A DNA stretch of 64,000 nucleotides from an uncultured delta proteobacterium (GTDB lineage Bacteria; Desulfobacterota; Desulfomonilia; UBA1062): assembly GCA_963752595.1 (NCBI GenBank), contig CAVVYZ010000009.1, positions 224,001 to 288,000 of the forward strand. The letters are read 5' to 3'. A program made the translations under genes and the position numbers. Shown piece after piece: positions 45,783 through 56,511 of this stretch. Each line of letters opens with the position of its first letter. Position 1 is the first letter of the stretch. The notes below the pieces were generated by a model. The model was not told the DNA's origin, did no database searches, and was given only the letters and a program-made list of their open reading frames with translations.

Positions 45783-47414
45783 TCACGCAACCTGTGCAGG
45801 CTTGATCTCCCCGTCCGCAAGCATCCGGCGCAATTCCCGCTTGTTGAACTTGCCGACGCTGGTCTTGGGGATTTCGGGCAGAAATATGAAATCATCCGGG
45901 ATCCACCAGGAAGCCTTGACCCTACTTTTAAGGAAATGCTTCAGCTCTTCCGGGGTCACGGTCTGCCCTGCAGCCGCGGTCACGCATGCAAGGGGCCGCT
46001 CCTGCCACTTGGGGTGCGGTATCCCGATGATGGCCGCCTCTGCGACCTTGGGGTGCGCCATGATCTCGTTTTCCAGGTCAACGGACGAGATCCACTCCCC
46101 TGCGCTCTTGATGAGGTCCTTGGTCCGGTCAACGAGCCTCACATAGCCTTCCTCGTCAATGGTGGCCACATCGCCGGTATGGTACCATCCGCCGGAAAAG
46201 GCGATCTCGGAGCGCACCGGGTCTTTGTAGTACTCGTTGGCTATCCACGGCCCCCTCAACCAGATCTCTCCCCATTCCTTGCCGTCCATCTTGACTTCAT
46301 ATCCTTCGGTGTTCACGATCTTCATCTCCAGGCCCATGACCAGGAGACCCACGCTGCAGCAGACGTCATAGAGCTCTTCTGCGCTTCTGCCCTGCATGTA
46401 GCTCTTGGGAATTGCAGCGGTGACGAGCGGGGTGGTCTCGGTGGAACCGTAGGCCTGCTTGATGGGGAAGCTGTATTTCTCGGTAAAGGCGATGAGCAGA
46501 TTCCGCGGCAGGGCAGACCCTCCGCTCACGATGTTTCGCAGCGACGAGAAATCATGCTTGCCGCCCTTTTCCAGGTAATCATAGAGAAGCATCCAGATCG
46601 TGGGCACACCCGCGGTGAAGGTAACCTTTTCTTCGGCGATCATCCCGCAGAGCTTCTCCATGTTGATGACCTCCCTGCCGGGCAGGACCTGTTTGCACCC
46701 TGCACCCACGCCTGCAAACGGGCCACACCATGCATTGGCATGGAACATGGGTACGATGTGGAGGATGCAGTCCGACTCTCCGGCCCCGAAGGTGGTCGCG
46801 ACGGCATAGCTGTGGAGCACGATGGCCCGGTGCGAATATACCACCCCCTTGGGGTCGCCGGTAGTGGCGGAGGTATAACAGATGAGCGCCGGGTCCCACT
46901 CGCTCAAGTCTATGGGAAAATCGTACTCTTCGGGGAAATCTTTGATCAGGTCGTCGTAGAGCACGATGTTCTCGATGCTGGTGGGAGGCATCTTTCCGGT
47001 ATGGGAGAGCACCACGACCTTTTCAACGGTTTTGAGCTGGTCTTTTGCCGCTTCAAGAAATAAGAGAAGGTCCTCATCCACGAACACCACCTTGTCCTCG
47101 GCATGATTGATGATGTACACCAGGTGGTTCTGCGGCAGCCTGAAATTTACCGTATGGAGCACGGCCCCATAGCACGGCACGCCGAAGTACAGCTCCAGGT
47201 GCCGGTGGTCGTTCAGGGCCAAGCTCGCCACCCGGTCCCCCCGCTTGATCCCCAGGGATTTCAGGGCATGCCCGAGCTGGCAGACCCGCTTGTAGTAATC
47301 CCCATAGGTATAGCGGAACACTCCCTCGGGATAGACCGAGACAATCTCCTTTTTCGAGAAATATCGCGCCGCCCTCAAGAGGAATGTCCTCAGCAGCAGA
47401 GCATAGTCCATCAT
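45783..47414 (-). CDS. Fatty acid-CoA ligase
   Basis: YTSATTGDPKG, AYGSTET, TGDVA, DRTKDLIKS, TSVGK; RBS GGAGG. Confidence 0.92.
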   Translation of the reverse strand: MMDYALLLRTFLLRAARYFSKKEIVSVYPEGVFRYTYGDYYKRVCQLGHALKSLGIKRGDRVASLALNDHRHLELYFGVPCYGAVLHTVNFRLPQNHLVYIINHAEDKVVFVDEDLLLFLEAAKDQLKTVEKVVVLSHTGKMPPTSIENIVLYDDLIKDFPEEYDFPIDLSEWDPALICYTSATTGDPKGVVYSHRAIVLHSYAVATTFGAGESDCILHIVPMFHANAWCGPFAGVGAGCKQVLPGREVINMEKLCGMIAEEKVTFTAGVPTIWMLLYDYLEKGGKHDFSSLRNIVSGGSALPRNLLIAFTEKYSFPIKQAYGSTETTPLVTAAIPKSYMQGRSAEELYDVCCSVGLLVMGLEMKIVNTEGYEVKMDGKEWGEIWLRGPWIANEYYKDPVRSEIAFSGGWYHTGDVATIDEEGYVRLVDRTKDLIKSAGEWISSVDLENEIMAHPKVAEAAIIGIPHPKWQERPLACVTAAAGQTVTPEELKHFLKSRVKASWWIPDDFIFLPEIPKTSVGKFNKRELRRMLADGEIKPAQVA

Positions 47415-47436
47415 AGAGAAACCTCCATTGCAGATA

Positions 47437-47487
47437 GTATTATTGTAAGACAATAGTATTATAGTCACAACACCCCATACGTTTCAA
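47437..47487 (-). promoter_or_regulatory. Sigma70 promoter with overlapping FadR-type operator for the beta-oxidation operon
   Basis: TTGAAA-N18-TATAAT on minus strand; operator GTATTATTGT-AAG-ACAATAGTAT at 47437-47459. Confidence 0.7.
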
Positions 47488-47574
47488 GCCAAAAGATATT
47501 TTTCTTGCTCAGGCCATGAAAAAAGCTATTAAGTATCCTATGAATAATGCTGTCATAAAGCCGGGAGGCTCCAT

Positions 47575-49167
47575 ATGACCGGTGTCTTTGCATTGCTGCT
47601 CCATGCCCATATCCCCTACTGCCGCAAGTCCGGCGTCTGGCCTGCAGGCGAGGAGTGGCTCTTCGAGGCCATGAACGAGACGTATATCCCGCTGCTCAAG
47701 GTCTTGCGCTCCCTGCATTACGACGGCATACACCCCCGTATCATGATCAGCCTGGTCCCCATACTTATGGAGCAGCTCGCCGACGAGTACATGAAGGACC
47801 GTTTCTGCGAATACATGCAGGATAAGATCCGGCGCGCCCGATCCGACACCGCCCGCTTCCGGTCGGACCCTGCCAGGCTTGCCGTGGCCAGGTACTGGCT
47901 GGAAACATTCGAGAGCAATTATAGTCTCTATACCTCGGATTTTTACCGCGACATCCTCGGAACCCTGAAACGGCTCCAGGATGAAGGTGTCGTGGAGGTG
48001 CTCACCTCCGCCGCAACCCATGGGTTCCTGCCGCTTTTCGAGAATGACAGCGCGGTTTACAGCCAGGTGCGCCTGGGCATCCTTACCTACGAGAAATATT
48101 TCGGAAGGAAGCCTCGCGGGTTCTGGCTTCCCGAATGTGCGTACCGGCCGGCCGAATGGTCTCCCAAGGGACACTACATGCGCAAAAGCATCGACCAGTG
48201 GCTTGCCGGAGAAGGGATTGAGTATTTCTTCGTGGAAAGTGTCGGCATCGAAGGCGCCTCCTTCGTGGAAAACCGCCACCAGGAGACCAACCCGACCACC
48301 ATGCGGGGATATCTCCTGCCCTCGGGTGTGTCGGCATTCGGAAGGAATGAGGCAACCGGCAAACAGGTCTGGTCTCCGGAGATAGGATACCCGGGCGATC
48401 CGTACTACCTCGAATTTCACAAAAAAGACCACGAGTCGGGCCTGCATTGCTGGCGCGTGAGCGGCCGACCCGAGAAAGATGTCTATGACCCGGCGGCGGC
48501 GAGCAAGAGCGTGCAGCACCATGCCCGGCATTTCATATCGCTGCTGGAAGGAGTATTCGAGCAGACAAGCATTTCCGAGGCAAAGCCCGTTATCGTGTCC
48601 CCTTACGACTGCGAACTCTTCGGGCACTGGTGGCACGAAGGGGTCGCCTTCATCGAGCAGGTCTATCGCCTGCTCGCGCAAAGGAGCTCGGTAGATACCA
48701 TGAGCCTGTCCGAATACATCGACCGCTACCGGAAAAGCTTCTCCACCATAGCCATGGAGGCCGGCACCTGGGGCCTGAACTCGGATTTCACGGTCTGGCT
48801 GAGCCCGGAACACGGGTGGATCTGGCCTTATATCAATTCGTCATCTGTGGATATGGAACAGACCCTGTCTTTAGCGGCACCCGATGACGATCGGGGGCGC
48901 CGGATCATTGCCCAGATGGGACGCGAACTTCTCCTCATGCAGGGAAGCGACTGGCCGTTTTTGCTCTTTACCCTGCAGGCCAAGGAATACGCCAACCAGC
49001 GCTTCCACCACCATCACCAGCGCTTCCGGAAACTCTTCTGGGCCGCCCAGGGCCTGCACGATCACAGCCGGATGCCGGACCGTGAGCTGTGGCAGATCGA
49101 GGATGTGGACTGCCCATGGCAGGATCTCGATACCGGACTTTTCAGGCACCGGCAGGACCCTGCTTGA
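47575..49167 (+). CDS. GH57 1,4-alpha-glucan branching enzyme (DUF1957)
   Basis: HAHIPY, WLFEAMNETYIP, WLPECAY, YDCELFGHWW, SDWPF. Confidence 0.92.
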   Translation: MTGVFALLLHAHIPYCRKSGVWPAGEEWLFEAMNETYIPLLKVLRSLHYDGIHPRIMISLVPILMEQLADEYMKDRFCEYMQDKIRRARSDTARFRSDPARLAVARYWLETFESNYSLYTSDFYRDILGTLKRLQDEGVVEVLTSAATHGFLPLFENDSAVYSQVRLGILTYEKYFGRKPRGFWLPECAYRPAEWSPKGHYMRKSIDQWLAGEGIEYFFVESVGIEGASFVENRHQETNPTTMRGYLLPSGVSAFGRNEATGKQVWSPEIGYPGDPYYLEFHKKDHESGLHCWRVSGRPEKDVYDPAAASKSVQHHARHFISLLEGVFEQTSISEAKPVIVSPYDCELFGHWWHEGVAFIEQVYRLLAQRSSVDTMSLSEYIDRYRKSFSTIAMEAGTWGLNSDFTVWLSPEHGWIWPYINSSSVDMEQTLSLAAPDDDRGRRIIAQMGRELLLMQGSDWPFLLFTLQAKEYANQRFHHHHQRFRKLFWAAQGLHDHSRMPDRELWQIEDVDCPWQDLDTGLFRHRQDPA

Positions 49168-49302
49168 CACAGGCCTCATGCCCGCCTTTTAAGCACGAGA
49201 GAGAAATACCTTGCAAAGCAAAAGGATTTTGAGCCATAAGATATGCCCTGGTAATAGAGCATGGTTTTTGTATAGATTCCCCCAACATCGGAAGGATTTG
49301 CC

Positions 49303-50403
49303 ATGGACAAGGTGATTGCAGTCTTGGAGGGCGACGGGATAGGGCCGGAGATCGTCCGGGAAGCCGTCAAGGTGCTCCGCGCGGTCGAGCAGAAACACCA
49401 TCATCACTTCACGCTGAATTATGCCCCCTTCGGGGCCAAGGCCTATTTTACCGAAGGATCGCCCTTCCCGGAGAATACGAAAAAAATCTGCGACGAGGCC
49501 GATGTGATCATCAAGGGTCCGGTGGGCTTGCCGTTGGATGAGATGGACTCCATACCCCCGGAACATCGTCCGGAGATCGGCGCAATCCTTCCCCTTCGGA
49601 GCCGCTATGATACGTTCGCGAATTTCAGGCCGGTGAGGCTGCCCAGGAGCCTTGCTTCTTTTTCGCCGCTCAAAGCCGGGATCGTCGGCGACGGCATCGA
49701 CATCCTCATGATCCGGGAACTGGTGGGCGGCATCTACTTCGGAAATAAGATCGAAGGGCCTTCCACAGGGATGCGCTACTCGACCGATGAATGCACCTAC
49801 ACGGAAGAGCAGGTCAGGAGGGTAGCGGTTGTTGCCTTTGAAGAAGCCCGCAAGCGGTCTTCCCTGCTCACCAATATCCACAAGGCAAACATCCTCGCCA
49901 CCTCCCGCTTCTGGAAAGAGATCGTCGAAGAGGTTGCTCTGCAGTTCCCCGATGTGCCCTATCGCTCCATGCTGGTGGACAACGCAGCCTACCAGCTCAT
50001 CAAGAACCCTGTCCAGTTCAACGGCGTGGTGCTGCTGGAGAACATGCAGGGCGATATACTCACGGACCAGGCCGGCGGGATCATCGGCTCGCTGGGACTG
50101 ATGCCTTCTGCCTGCATCGGGCCGCGCAAAAGCTATGTGGAGCCGGCTCACGGGTCGGCACCCGATATCGCGAACAGAAACATCGCCAACCCCTATTCCA
50201 TGATCGGAAGTCTGGCGCTCATGTTCGACCGGTGCTTGAGCCTCCCGGATGAGGCGAGCGAGGTATGGAATGCCCTTTTCCAGGTGTTCGAACAGGGATA
50301 CACCACGGCCGACCTCACGGAAGGGCCGGGCGATACCAAAAAGACTCTCTCCACGAGCGAGTTCGGCGACATGGTCGCAGACATCATTCTCCGGAATCCC
50401 TAA
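49303..50403 (+). CDS. leuB: 3-isopropylmalate dehydrogenase
   Basis: GDGIGPE, RELVGGIYFG, GDILTD, EPAHGSAPDIA. Confidence 0.93.
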   Translation: MDKVIAVLEGDGIGPEIVREAVKVLRAVEQKHHHHFTLNYAPFGAKAYFTEGSPFPENTKKICDEADVIIKGPVGLPLDEMDSIPPEHRPEIGAILPLRSRYDTFANFRPVRLPRSLASFSPLKAGIVGDGIDILMIRELVGGIYFGNKIEGPSTGMRYSTDECTYTEEQVRRVAVVAFEEARKRSSLLTNIHKANILATSRFWKEIVEEVALQFPDVPYRSMLVDNAAYQLIKNPVQFNGVVLLENMQGDILTDQAGGIIGSLGLMPSACIGPRKSYVEPAHGSAPDIANRNIANPYSMIGSLALMFDRCLSLPDEASEVWNALFQVFEQGYTTADLTEGPGDTKKTLSTSEFGDMVADIILRNP

Positions 50404-50481
50404 AAGCAGAAACATCCTTTGCCAAGAGCATCTGATGCGGGCAGGGGGTTAACGTTAGATAAATGAGCAGGAGGAAAGGCC

Positions 50482-50763
50482 ATGGTTACCGCAATCATCC
50501 TTTTACAGGTCACCCGCGAGCGCATCAATGCAATCGCCGAAGAGCTTGCCGACACCGAAGGAATGTCCGAGGTCTTCTCGGTGAGCGGACGCTATGACCT
50601 GGTGGCAGTTGCACGGGTCAAAGACAACGAAGAGCTCGCAGACCTCGTCACGAACCGCATGGCAAAGATAAGCGGGATAACCGCCTCCGAGACCATGCTC
50701 GCCTTCCGCGCATTTTCCCGGCACGATCTCGAAGGCATGTTCGCGGTCGGGTTCGGAGAATAA
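50482..50763 (+). CDS. Stand-alone Lrp/AsnC ligand-binding domain protein
   Basis: EVFSVSGRYDLVA, SETMLAF. Confidence 0.85.
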   Translation: MVTAIILLQVTRERINAIAEELADTEGMSEVFSVSGRYDLVAVARVKDNEELADLVTNRMAKISGITASETMLAFRAFSRHDLEGMFAVGFGE

Positions 50764-50871
50764 GCCTCTTTCCCGTCGTTCCAGCAGAAGCTAAAAGATT
50801 CAGGAAGCAAAAATAACCCCCTGGCATCCGCCTTTGCGGGTGATTGCAGACCAGCCAGGGGGCTATCTTCT

Positions 50872-52120
50872 TTACTCGTACACCTTTTCCTCGGTCTCGT
50901 GGGCGTTGAGCGCGTCCTCTTCAACGTCGCGCACGTCTTCCTTGGAAAGGACCTTGAAGTATTCCTTGTACCACTCGTTCTGGATGATGAGCTGCATGAT
51001 CTCGTTGGTGCCCACCCAGATCATGGAGAGCCTGATGTCGCGCACGATGCGCTCCAGGGGGTAGACGCTCGTGTAGCCGATCCCGCCGACCGACTGCATG
51101 CATTTGTTCGCGATCTCCCATGCGGATTCGGTCACGAATTTCTTGCTCTGGGATACCATCCGCCTCACCCTTCCGGGATGGACGGTGCCTGAATCCACTG
51201 CCCGGCAGGTGGTGTAGACCATGGACCTTGCCGCATCGAGCAGGAGCACGCAGTCCGCGACCTTGAAACCCACAGCCTGGAAGTTCTGGATGGGGAATCC
51301 GAATGCCTTGCGCTTGGCGGTGTAGCGCGTGGCGATCTCTATTGCGGGCCGTACCGACCCGATGGTCATGGCAGCGGTCCCGAGCCGCTCCGGGATCATC
51401 ATACGAACGAACACGTCATAGCCCCCGTTGATCCCGTTCAGTGCATAGCGCTCCGGCACCCGGACATCGCGGAGCATGAGCCTGCCTGCGCCGCCCCCGC
51501 GTACTCCCATGAGGCCGTAGATGTACTTGCTCTCCACGCCTTCGGTCCGGGGCACCATGAAAGCAGTCATGCGCCTGTGCGGAGGCGCGGTCGGGTCGGT
51601 CACGGCATAGACCAGGAACCAGTCGGCCCCTTCTGCACCCACGATGAAGCGCTTCTGCCCGTTGATGATCCAGTCGTCGCCGTCTTTCTTCGCATAGGTG
51701 GTTGCCCCGAAGAAATCCGAGCCGCCTCTCGGCTCGGTGAGGCCTTCCGCAGCAAAGGTCTCGCCCTTGAGCAGGGGCACGACCACCGCTTGCTTGAGCT
51801 CTTCCGACCCGAACGTCGATGATCGCCTCGCATACGATGTCTGCCCCGACCCCCCACAGGCACGCCAGGGAGTAGCTTGCGACCCCTATTTCCTCTGCGA
51901 CGATGCCGTCATCCACCCAGGTCAATCCTCTTCCGCCGTACTGTTTCGGGAGGCGGATGCCGAGGAGGTTTCTCCTGCCTGCTTCCTGCAGGTATTCATG
52001 GGGGAACTGGATCTTTTCTGCGTCCATATCGAGAATGAGCTGTTTGGGAACCCACTTCGTGAACGCCCGCGCCTCGTCCCTGAGCTTTTTCTGTTCATCG
52101 GTCATGATAAAATCAAACAT
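50872..52120 (-). CDS. Acyl-CoA dehydrogenase (frameshift near 51815)
   Basis: MFDFIMTDEQ, GLTEPRGGSD, NGQKRF, IWVGTNEIM; promoter TTGACT-N17-GATAAT at 52154-52182. Confidence 0.9.
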
Positions 52121-52250
52121 GGCTTTCCTCCTGGTATAACAATTTGTTGTATTATTATCTCTTTCTGTTATAAGAAAGTCAACGACAATTTCCTTGCATT
52201 TTCTTTGTATCCTGAAGAAGATGGGAAAAGCAGAAGAAAACAGGAGCCGT

Positions 52251-52610
52251 ATGGGGTTCAAGGAGATCGGCAGAAAGATCCAGGCAGCGCGGGAAGACAA
52301 GGGCATGACCCAGGTGGACCTTGCCCAGGAGCTGGGCATCACCCAGGCCGCCCTGTCGAACTATGAGCTCGGCAAGCGCAGGCTCTACCTTCACCAGATC
52401 GAACAGATCGCCCGTATCCTGGGCAGGAAGCTGGATTTTTTCATTACCGGAGAGGAGAGCACCTCCCCTGCATCGCGTCCTGATCAGGAAGACGATTCCC
52501 ATGAGAAGACCTTTGCCAGGATCACCCAGCTGGATTCAGGAGAGCTTCGTTCCTTAAACGAGTTCCTCGATTATCTCGAATGGAGGAGACATCATGTTCC
52601 CGATAAATGA
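52251..52610 (+). CDS. XRE family HTH regulator
   Basis: IGRKIQAARE, MTQVDLAQELGITQAALSNYELG. Confidence 0.88.
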   Translation: MGFKEIGRKIQAAREDKGMTQVDLAQELGITQAALSNYELGKRRLYLHQIEQIARILGRKLDFFITGEESTSPASRPDQEDDSHEKTFARITQLDSGELRSLNEFLDYLEWRRHHVPDK

Positions 52611-53718
52611 TGAACAGCAGGCCCTCATTCAAAAGGCAACCCGGTTTGCAAAAGATCATGAGGATATCCTCACCTCCGGCGGCCGCACGCTTGACAGAGC
52701 CGGGGATATCTACCGGACCTATGCCGGTGCAGGGTATCATGCCCTGCTGATCCCGAAGGAATTCCATGGGCAGGGCCTCGATTACGTGAGTGCGGGCCTC
52801 GTGTACGAGGAATTGAGCTGTCGCCTCCCCGGCACTCTCCACGGCCCGGTCACCACTGCCCACTGCGCCGAGATGATGAGGATCGGACTGCAGGGAGACC
52901 GGCAGCCCTCGCTTCTTGCTGCAGTCGCCCGTGACGGATTGGCGGCAGGCTTCTGCCTGACCGAGGAAGGGGCGGGATCGGACATTTCGTCGATCATGAC
53001 CACGGTTCGGAAATCCAAAGGCGGATACCTGATCAACGGGAAGAAAAGCATCGTCATCAATCATGCCCTGGCATCGCATCTCATCGTCTTTGCCACGAGC
53101 TCTCCCGGCAAAGGCCGCGCCGGACTGAACGCTTTCCTGGTGAGTCCGTCATTGCCGGGCATATCCATCGGAGAGGCACACGATTCACCCGAATGCAGCT
53201 TCAGCGTGATGGGCCCGGTGAGCTTTGAGGATGTGGCTGTTCCGGAAAGCTCGCTCCTTGGTGAAGAGGGGAGCGGCTACTTCCTCCTCATGGAAACGCT
53301 CGACAAGGGGAGGCCTCTCGTTGCGGCATGCTGCGTGGGATCGGCTAGGAAGATCTTCGATATGGTGCTCCAGCATGCGAAGAGCAGGGCGCAGTTCGGC
53401 AAGGATCTGTTCTCCTTCCAGGGGATATCGTTTCCCCTGGCGGAATATGCAACCCGCCTCCATGCATCCCGGCTGCTGGCATTCGATGCCTTGAGCCGGA
53501 TCGACACGAAATCGAGCTTTTCCCTGGAGGCATCCATGGCAAAGCTCCATGCAAGCGAGACCCTGCTCGACCTTGCATCCTTCGGCATGGAAGTGCTCGG
53601 TTACCGGGCCGCCTCCGAATCGCACGAGATCCGTCGCATCCATCGCGATGCCCAACTCATGAAGTCCATAGACGGCACGGCGAATGTGCAGAAGATGGTG
53701 ATCGCTTCGCAGCTGTAG
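52594..53718 (+). CDS. Acyl-CoA dehydrogenase family protein
   Basis: FCLTEEGAGSD, NGKKS, QFGKDL.SFQ, IDGTANVQ. Confidence 0.88.
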   Translation: MFPINDEQQALIQKATRFAKDHEDILTSGGRTLDRAGDIYRTYAGAGYHALLIPKEFHGQGLDYVSAGLVYEELSCRLPGTLHGPVTTAHCAEMMRIGLQGDRQPSLLAAVARDGLAAGFCLTEEGAGSDISSIMTTVRKSKGGYLINGKKSIVINHALASHLIVFATSSPGKGRAGLNAFLVSPSLPGISIGEAHDSPECSFSVMGPVSFEDVAVPESSLLGEEGSGYFLLMETLDKGRPLVAACCVGSARKIFDMVLQHAKSRAQFGKDLFSFQGISFPLAEYATRLHASRLLAFDALSRIDTKSSFSLEASMAKLHASETLLDLASFGMEVLGYRAASESHEIRRIHRDAQLMKSIDGTANVQKMVIASQL

Positions 53719-53720
53719 AC

Positions 53721-54929
53721 GTAGAAGAGCAGCTCATGCCCGGGACACTGGAGTTTGCCATCAACCGTCTGGTCGAGAAGCACATGGACTTAAGCATTTT
53801 TGACGGGAAGTACAAGAATGACGAGACCGGCAGGCAGGCCTATGACCCGAAGATTCTGCTGAAGGTAGTGCTGCTGGGATACTCTCGGGGATTGATCTCG
53901 TCAAGAAAGATTGAGCAGGCGTGCCGAGAGAACATCGTGTTCATGGCGTTATCCTGCGGGCAATACCCGGATTATACGACGATAGCCACCTTTGTCTCCA
54001 CCATGAAGAACGAGATCCAACCGTTGTTCCGGAATATCCTGCTGGTGTGCGAGGAGATGGATCTGCTGGGCGGGACGTTTTTTGCCCAGGACGGGTGCAA
54101 GCTCCCCTCGAATGCATCAAAGCAGTGGAGCGGGAAGGTCTCCGATCTGAAGCGGAAGAAGGCCGGAATAGAAGAGAAGGTAGGGAGCAGGAGGAGGAGA
54201 CGGAAGGAGATGATCTCCCATCGGGGCACCGGGAGAAGCAGATCGAGAAGTGAGAGAGGGAGGGAGGGGGGGGGAGGACGGGAAAAAGGGCAAGGAGATC
54301 AAGAGCACCATCACGGATAACGAATCTGCAATAATGACCACTTCCCATGGGTCGGTTCAGGGATACAACGGCCGGGCAATGGTGGATGCGAAGCATCAGG
54401 TCATTGTTCACGGGGAGGTCTTCGGCACCGGCCGGGATGCGGAACTCGTACCACCGATGATCGACGGCACAAAGGAGAACATGGAGAAGATCGGCCATGA
54501 GGATGCGTCAGAATTCTTCAACGGGAAGATCTTCACCGCTGACAGTGCGTACCACAGCAAAGGCAATTTACAGAAATGCGTGGATGAGAAGATGGATGCG
54601 TACATACCGGACAAGTGGCAGCGCATGAGGGATCCCGCGATATGGGGAATGGAGAAAGCAAGGTAAAACCACCAGGACTCACTTTGCCCGCGAGGACTTC
54701 CTCTACCATGAGGAAGCGGATGAGTACGTGTGCCCGAATGGGAAGATGCTTCGTCTATTGGTAAAGCGGAGGTCATGACGGGGAACGTGTATCGGACATA
54801 TCGTGCCCAGGAGCAGGATTGCAGTGGGTGCGCACTCAGAGAGAAATGTCTTTCCGGAAAAGCTCGGAGCCCGAAATATAAATACCTGATGATCCCTAAC
54901 CTCTTCCAAAATCGGTTTTTCAACGGCCT
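53721..54929 (+). mobile_element. IS1182 family transposase remnant (5'-truncated, internally deleted)
   Basis: EEQLMPGTLE, GRQAYDPK, SSRKIE, DGCKL, QGYN, ADSAYH, CxxCxxxxxC; end-like GTTTTTCAACGGCCT. Confidence 0.8.
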
Positions 54930-55049
54930 TTTTGGAGATCATCGGTTTTGGGGTGTATTCAAGGCTGATGATTTATCGAAGAAATCTATTATAATCACGA
55001 AGCTTACCGACGGCTGTAAGTCATCCGCTGGAACCATTGGTTCGGCAAC

Positions 55050-55244
55050 ATGCTCCGAAATGTGACGATTGTGAATAGCTTCTGTTCCGCTGATGGTGAG
55101 GCACTTCTGTATGACTGTGAAACAAATAGTCCTGCCGGTGTCATCCGCACAGCAGAGTTTTTCATTGTCCGCAATAGCAGGATCGTGGAAATTAGGCTGG
55201 TATTCGATGCGACCAAGCTGCGGCAAATGATGGACATGCAATAA
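55050..55244 (+). pseudogene. C-terminal fragment of a SnoaL/NTF2-like protein
   Basis: LLYDCET...AEFFIVRNSRIVEIRLVFD; N-terminus missing next to the IS remnant. Confidence 0.5.
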
Positions 55245-55309
55245 GACTTACGTTCGACACTTGCCGGCCTGCTGATGACAAAAACTCTTCAAGGGATTTT
55301 TTTAAACTG

Positions 55310-55351
55310 TTACATACCTCCCGAAGAACTATTCCTTCGGGAGGTATGTAA
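55310..55351. terminator. Bidirectional terminator-like hairpin
   Basis: 17-bp perfect stem TTACATACCTCCCGAAG / CTTCGGGAGGTATGTAA. Confidence 0.8.
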
Positions 55352-55385
55352 TGCTCATCCGGGAATCGCTGTGTGTTAAAGTTTC

Positions 55386-56482
55386 TTAAGTTATATTCGT
55401 TAAATCAAGCGCATCAACCTGCATGGCTTCATTGAGAGCCACCTGGTCAACGGGTGGAACAATCGTTCCGGGCCTTACTTCCAGGCTGATCGCCTCGATG
55501 GGACAGCCGGTTGCACAAACCCCGCACCCGATGCAACGATCCAAATCCACAACCGGCACATTCTCATCACCTAATTTCAAAGCCGCCATAGGGCATCGGT
55601 CAATACATGTCTCGCAGGCAGTACAAATATCCTTATCCCATGCCGGTTTGAAACCGGAAGCAAGAGCAATACCAGGCTTCGGAGATGCTAATGCCGTCTT
55701 CAAGATCATGCAATGACACCTACAGCAATTGCAGAGGAAATCGAGGTTCTGCTTGTTGATTCCCGCATGAACCAAACCGGCATCTTCCGTAGCTTTCAGG
55801 ATCTTCAGAGCCTCTTCTTTTGTTATTTTCCTGCCGATTTTTCGATCTATCACAAACTGCGCAGCAGTGCCGAATATCATGCAGGATTCATCCGGCACCT
55901 TGCAGTCATCTTTTTCATCTATAAGTTTCGCCTCATGACGGCAAAAGCAGGTACATACGGCTAAAGGATCATTAGCCTCAATATAATGGGCAACCTGGTC
56001 GTAGGTGTGTACGATATTATCCACCTTGACCGCTCTATCGATGGTGATGACCCTGGTTTGCGGAAAACTTGGCGGCTTGGGGGATGAGCTTCCCTGTATG
56101 CTACCTTGTAGGCATGGATGAGCTTTGCTACTTTCTTGTCCCTTTCAGTTTTGGTTCCCCGCATAAACTGAAATTCAAAAATGCCGGGAACAAAGGGCGG
56201 GCCGCCGTAATAGACAGTTCCCCCAAGGTCTGCTGATATGCAGAGGCCCTTATATGCCATGGCCTCCAGCATTTCGCTAATCTCTTTTTCATTCTTTCCC
56301 ATGGTGGCAGCTATCGAGCTGGCGGGGTTGAAGTCCAGGCCAATGGCTATACTGACGGCAGCCTCTTCAGGTGTGAAAAGTTCCTGGACGAGGGGATAAA
56401 ACTCCGGGATATCCACGCCAGGATACATTCCGCCTCGCTTCTCCATCATAGCACAGAGTTCCTTGTAAACATCGGTCGACAT
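55386..56482 (-). CDS. Cys-rich 4Fe-4S dicluster protein (homopolymer frameshift near 56080)
   Basis: LFTPEEA, PGIFE, CFCR, LCNCCRCHC, two CxxCxxCxxxCP motifs. Confidence 0.82.
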
Positions 56483-56511
56483 ATCTCAAATCCTCCTTTT
56501 AAATTGATACC

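Noticed and set aside
43408-50415. Long antisense ORFs (43408-44562, 45765-47063, 47509-48813, 49189-50415)
   Set aside because: Shadow frames of GC-rich genes, with no motifs or RBS
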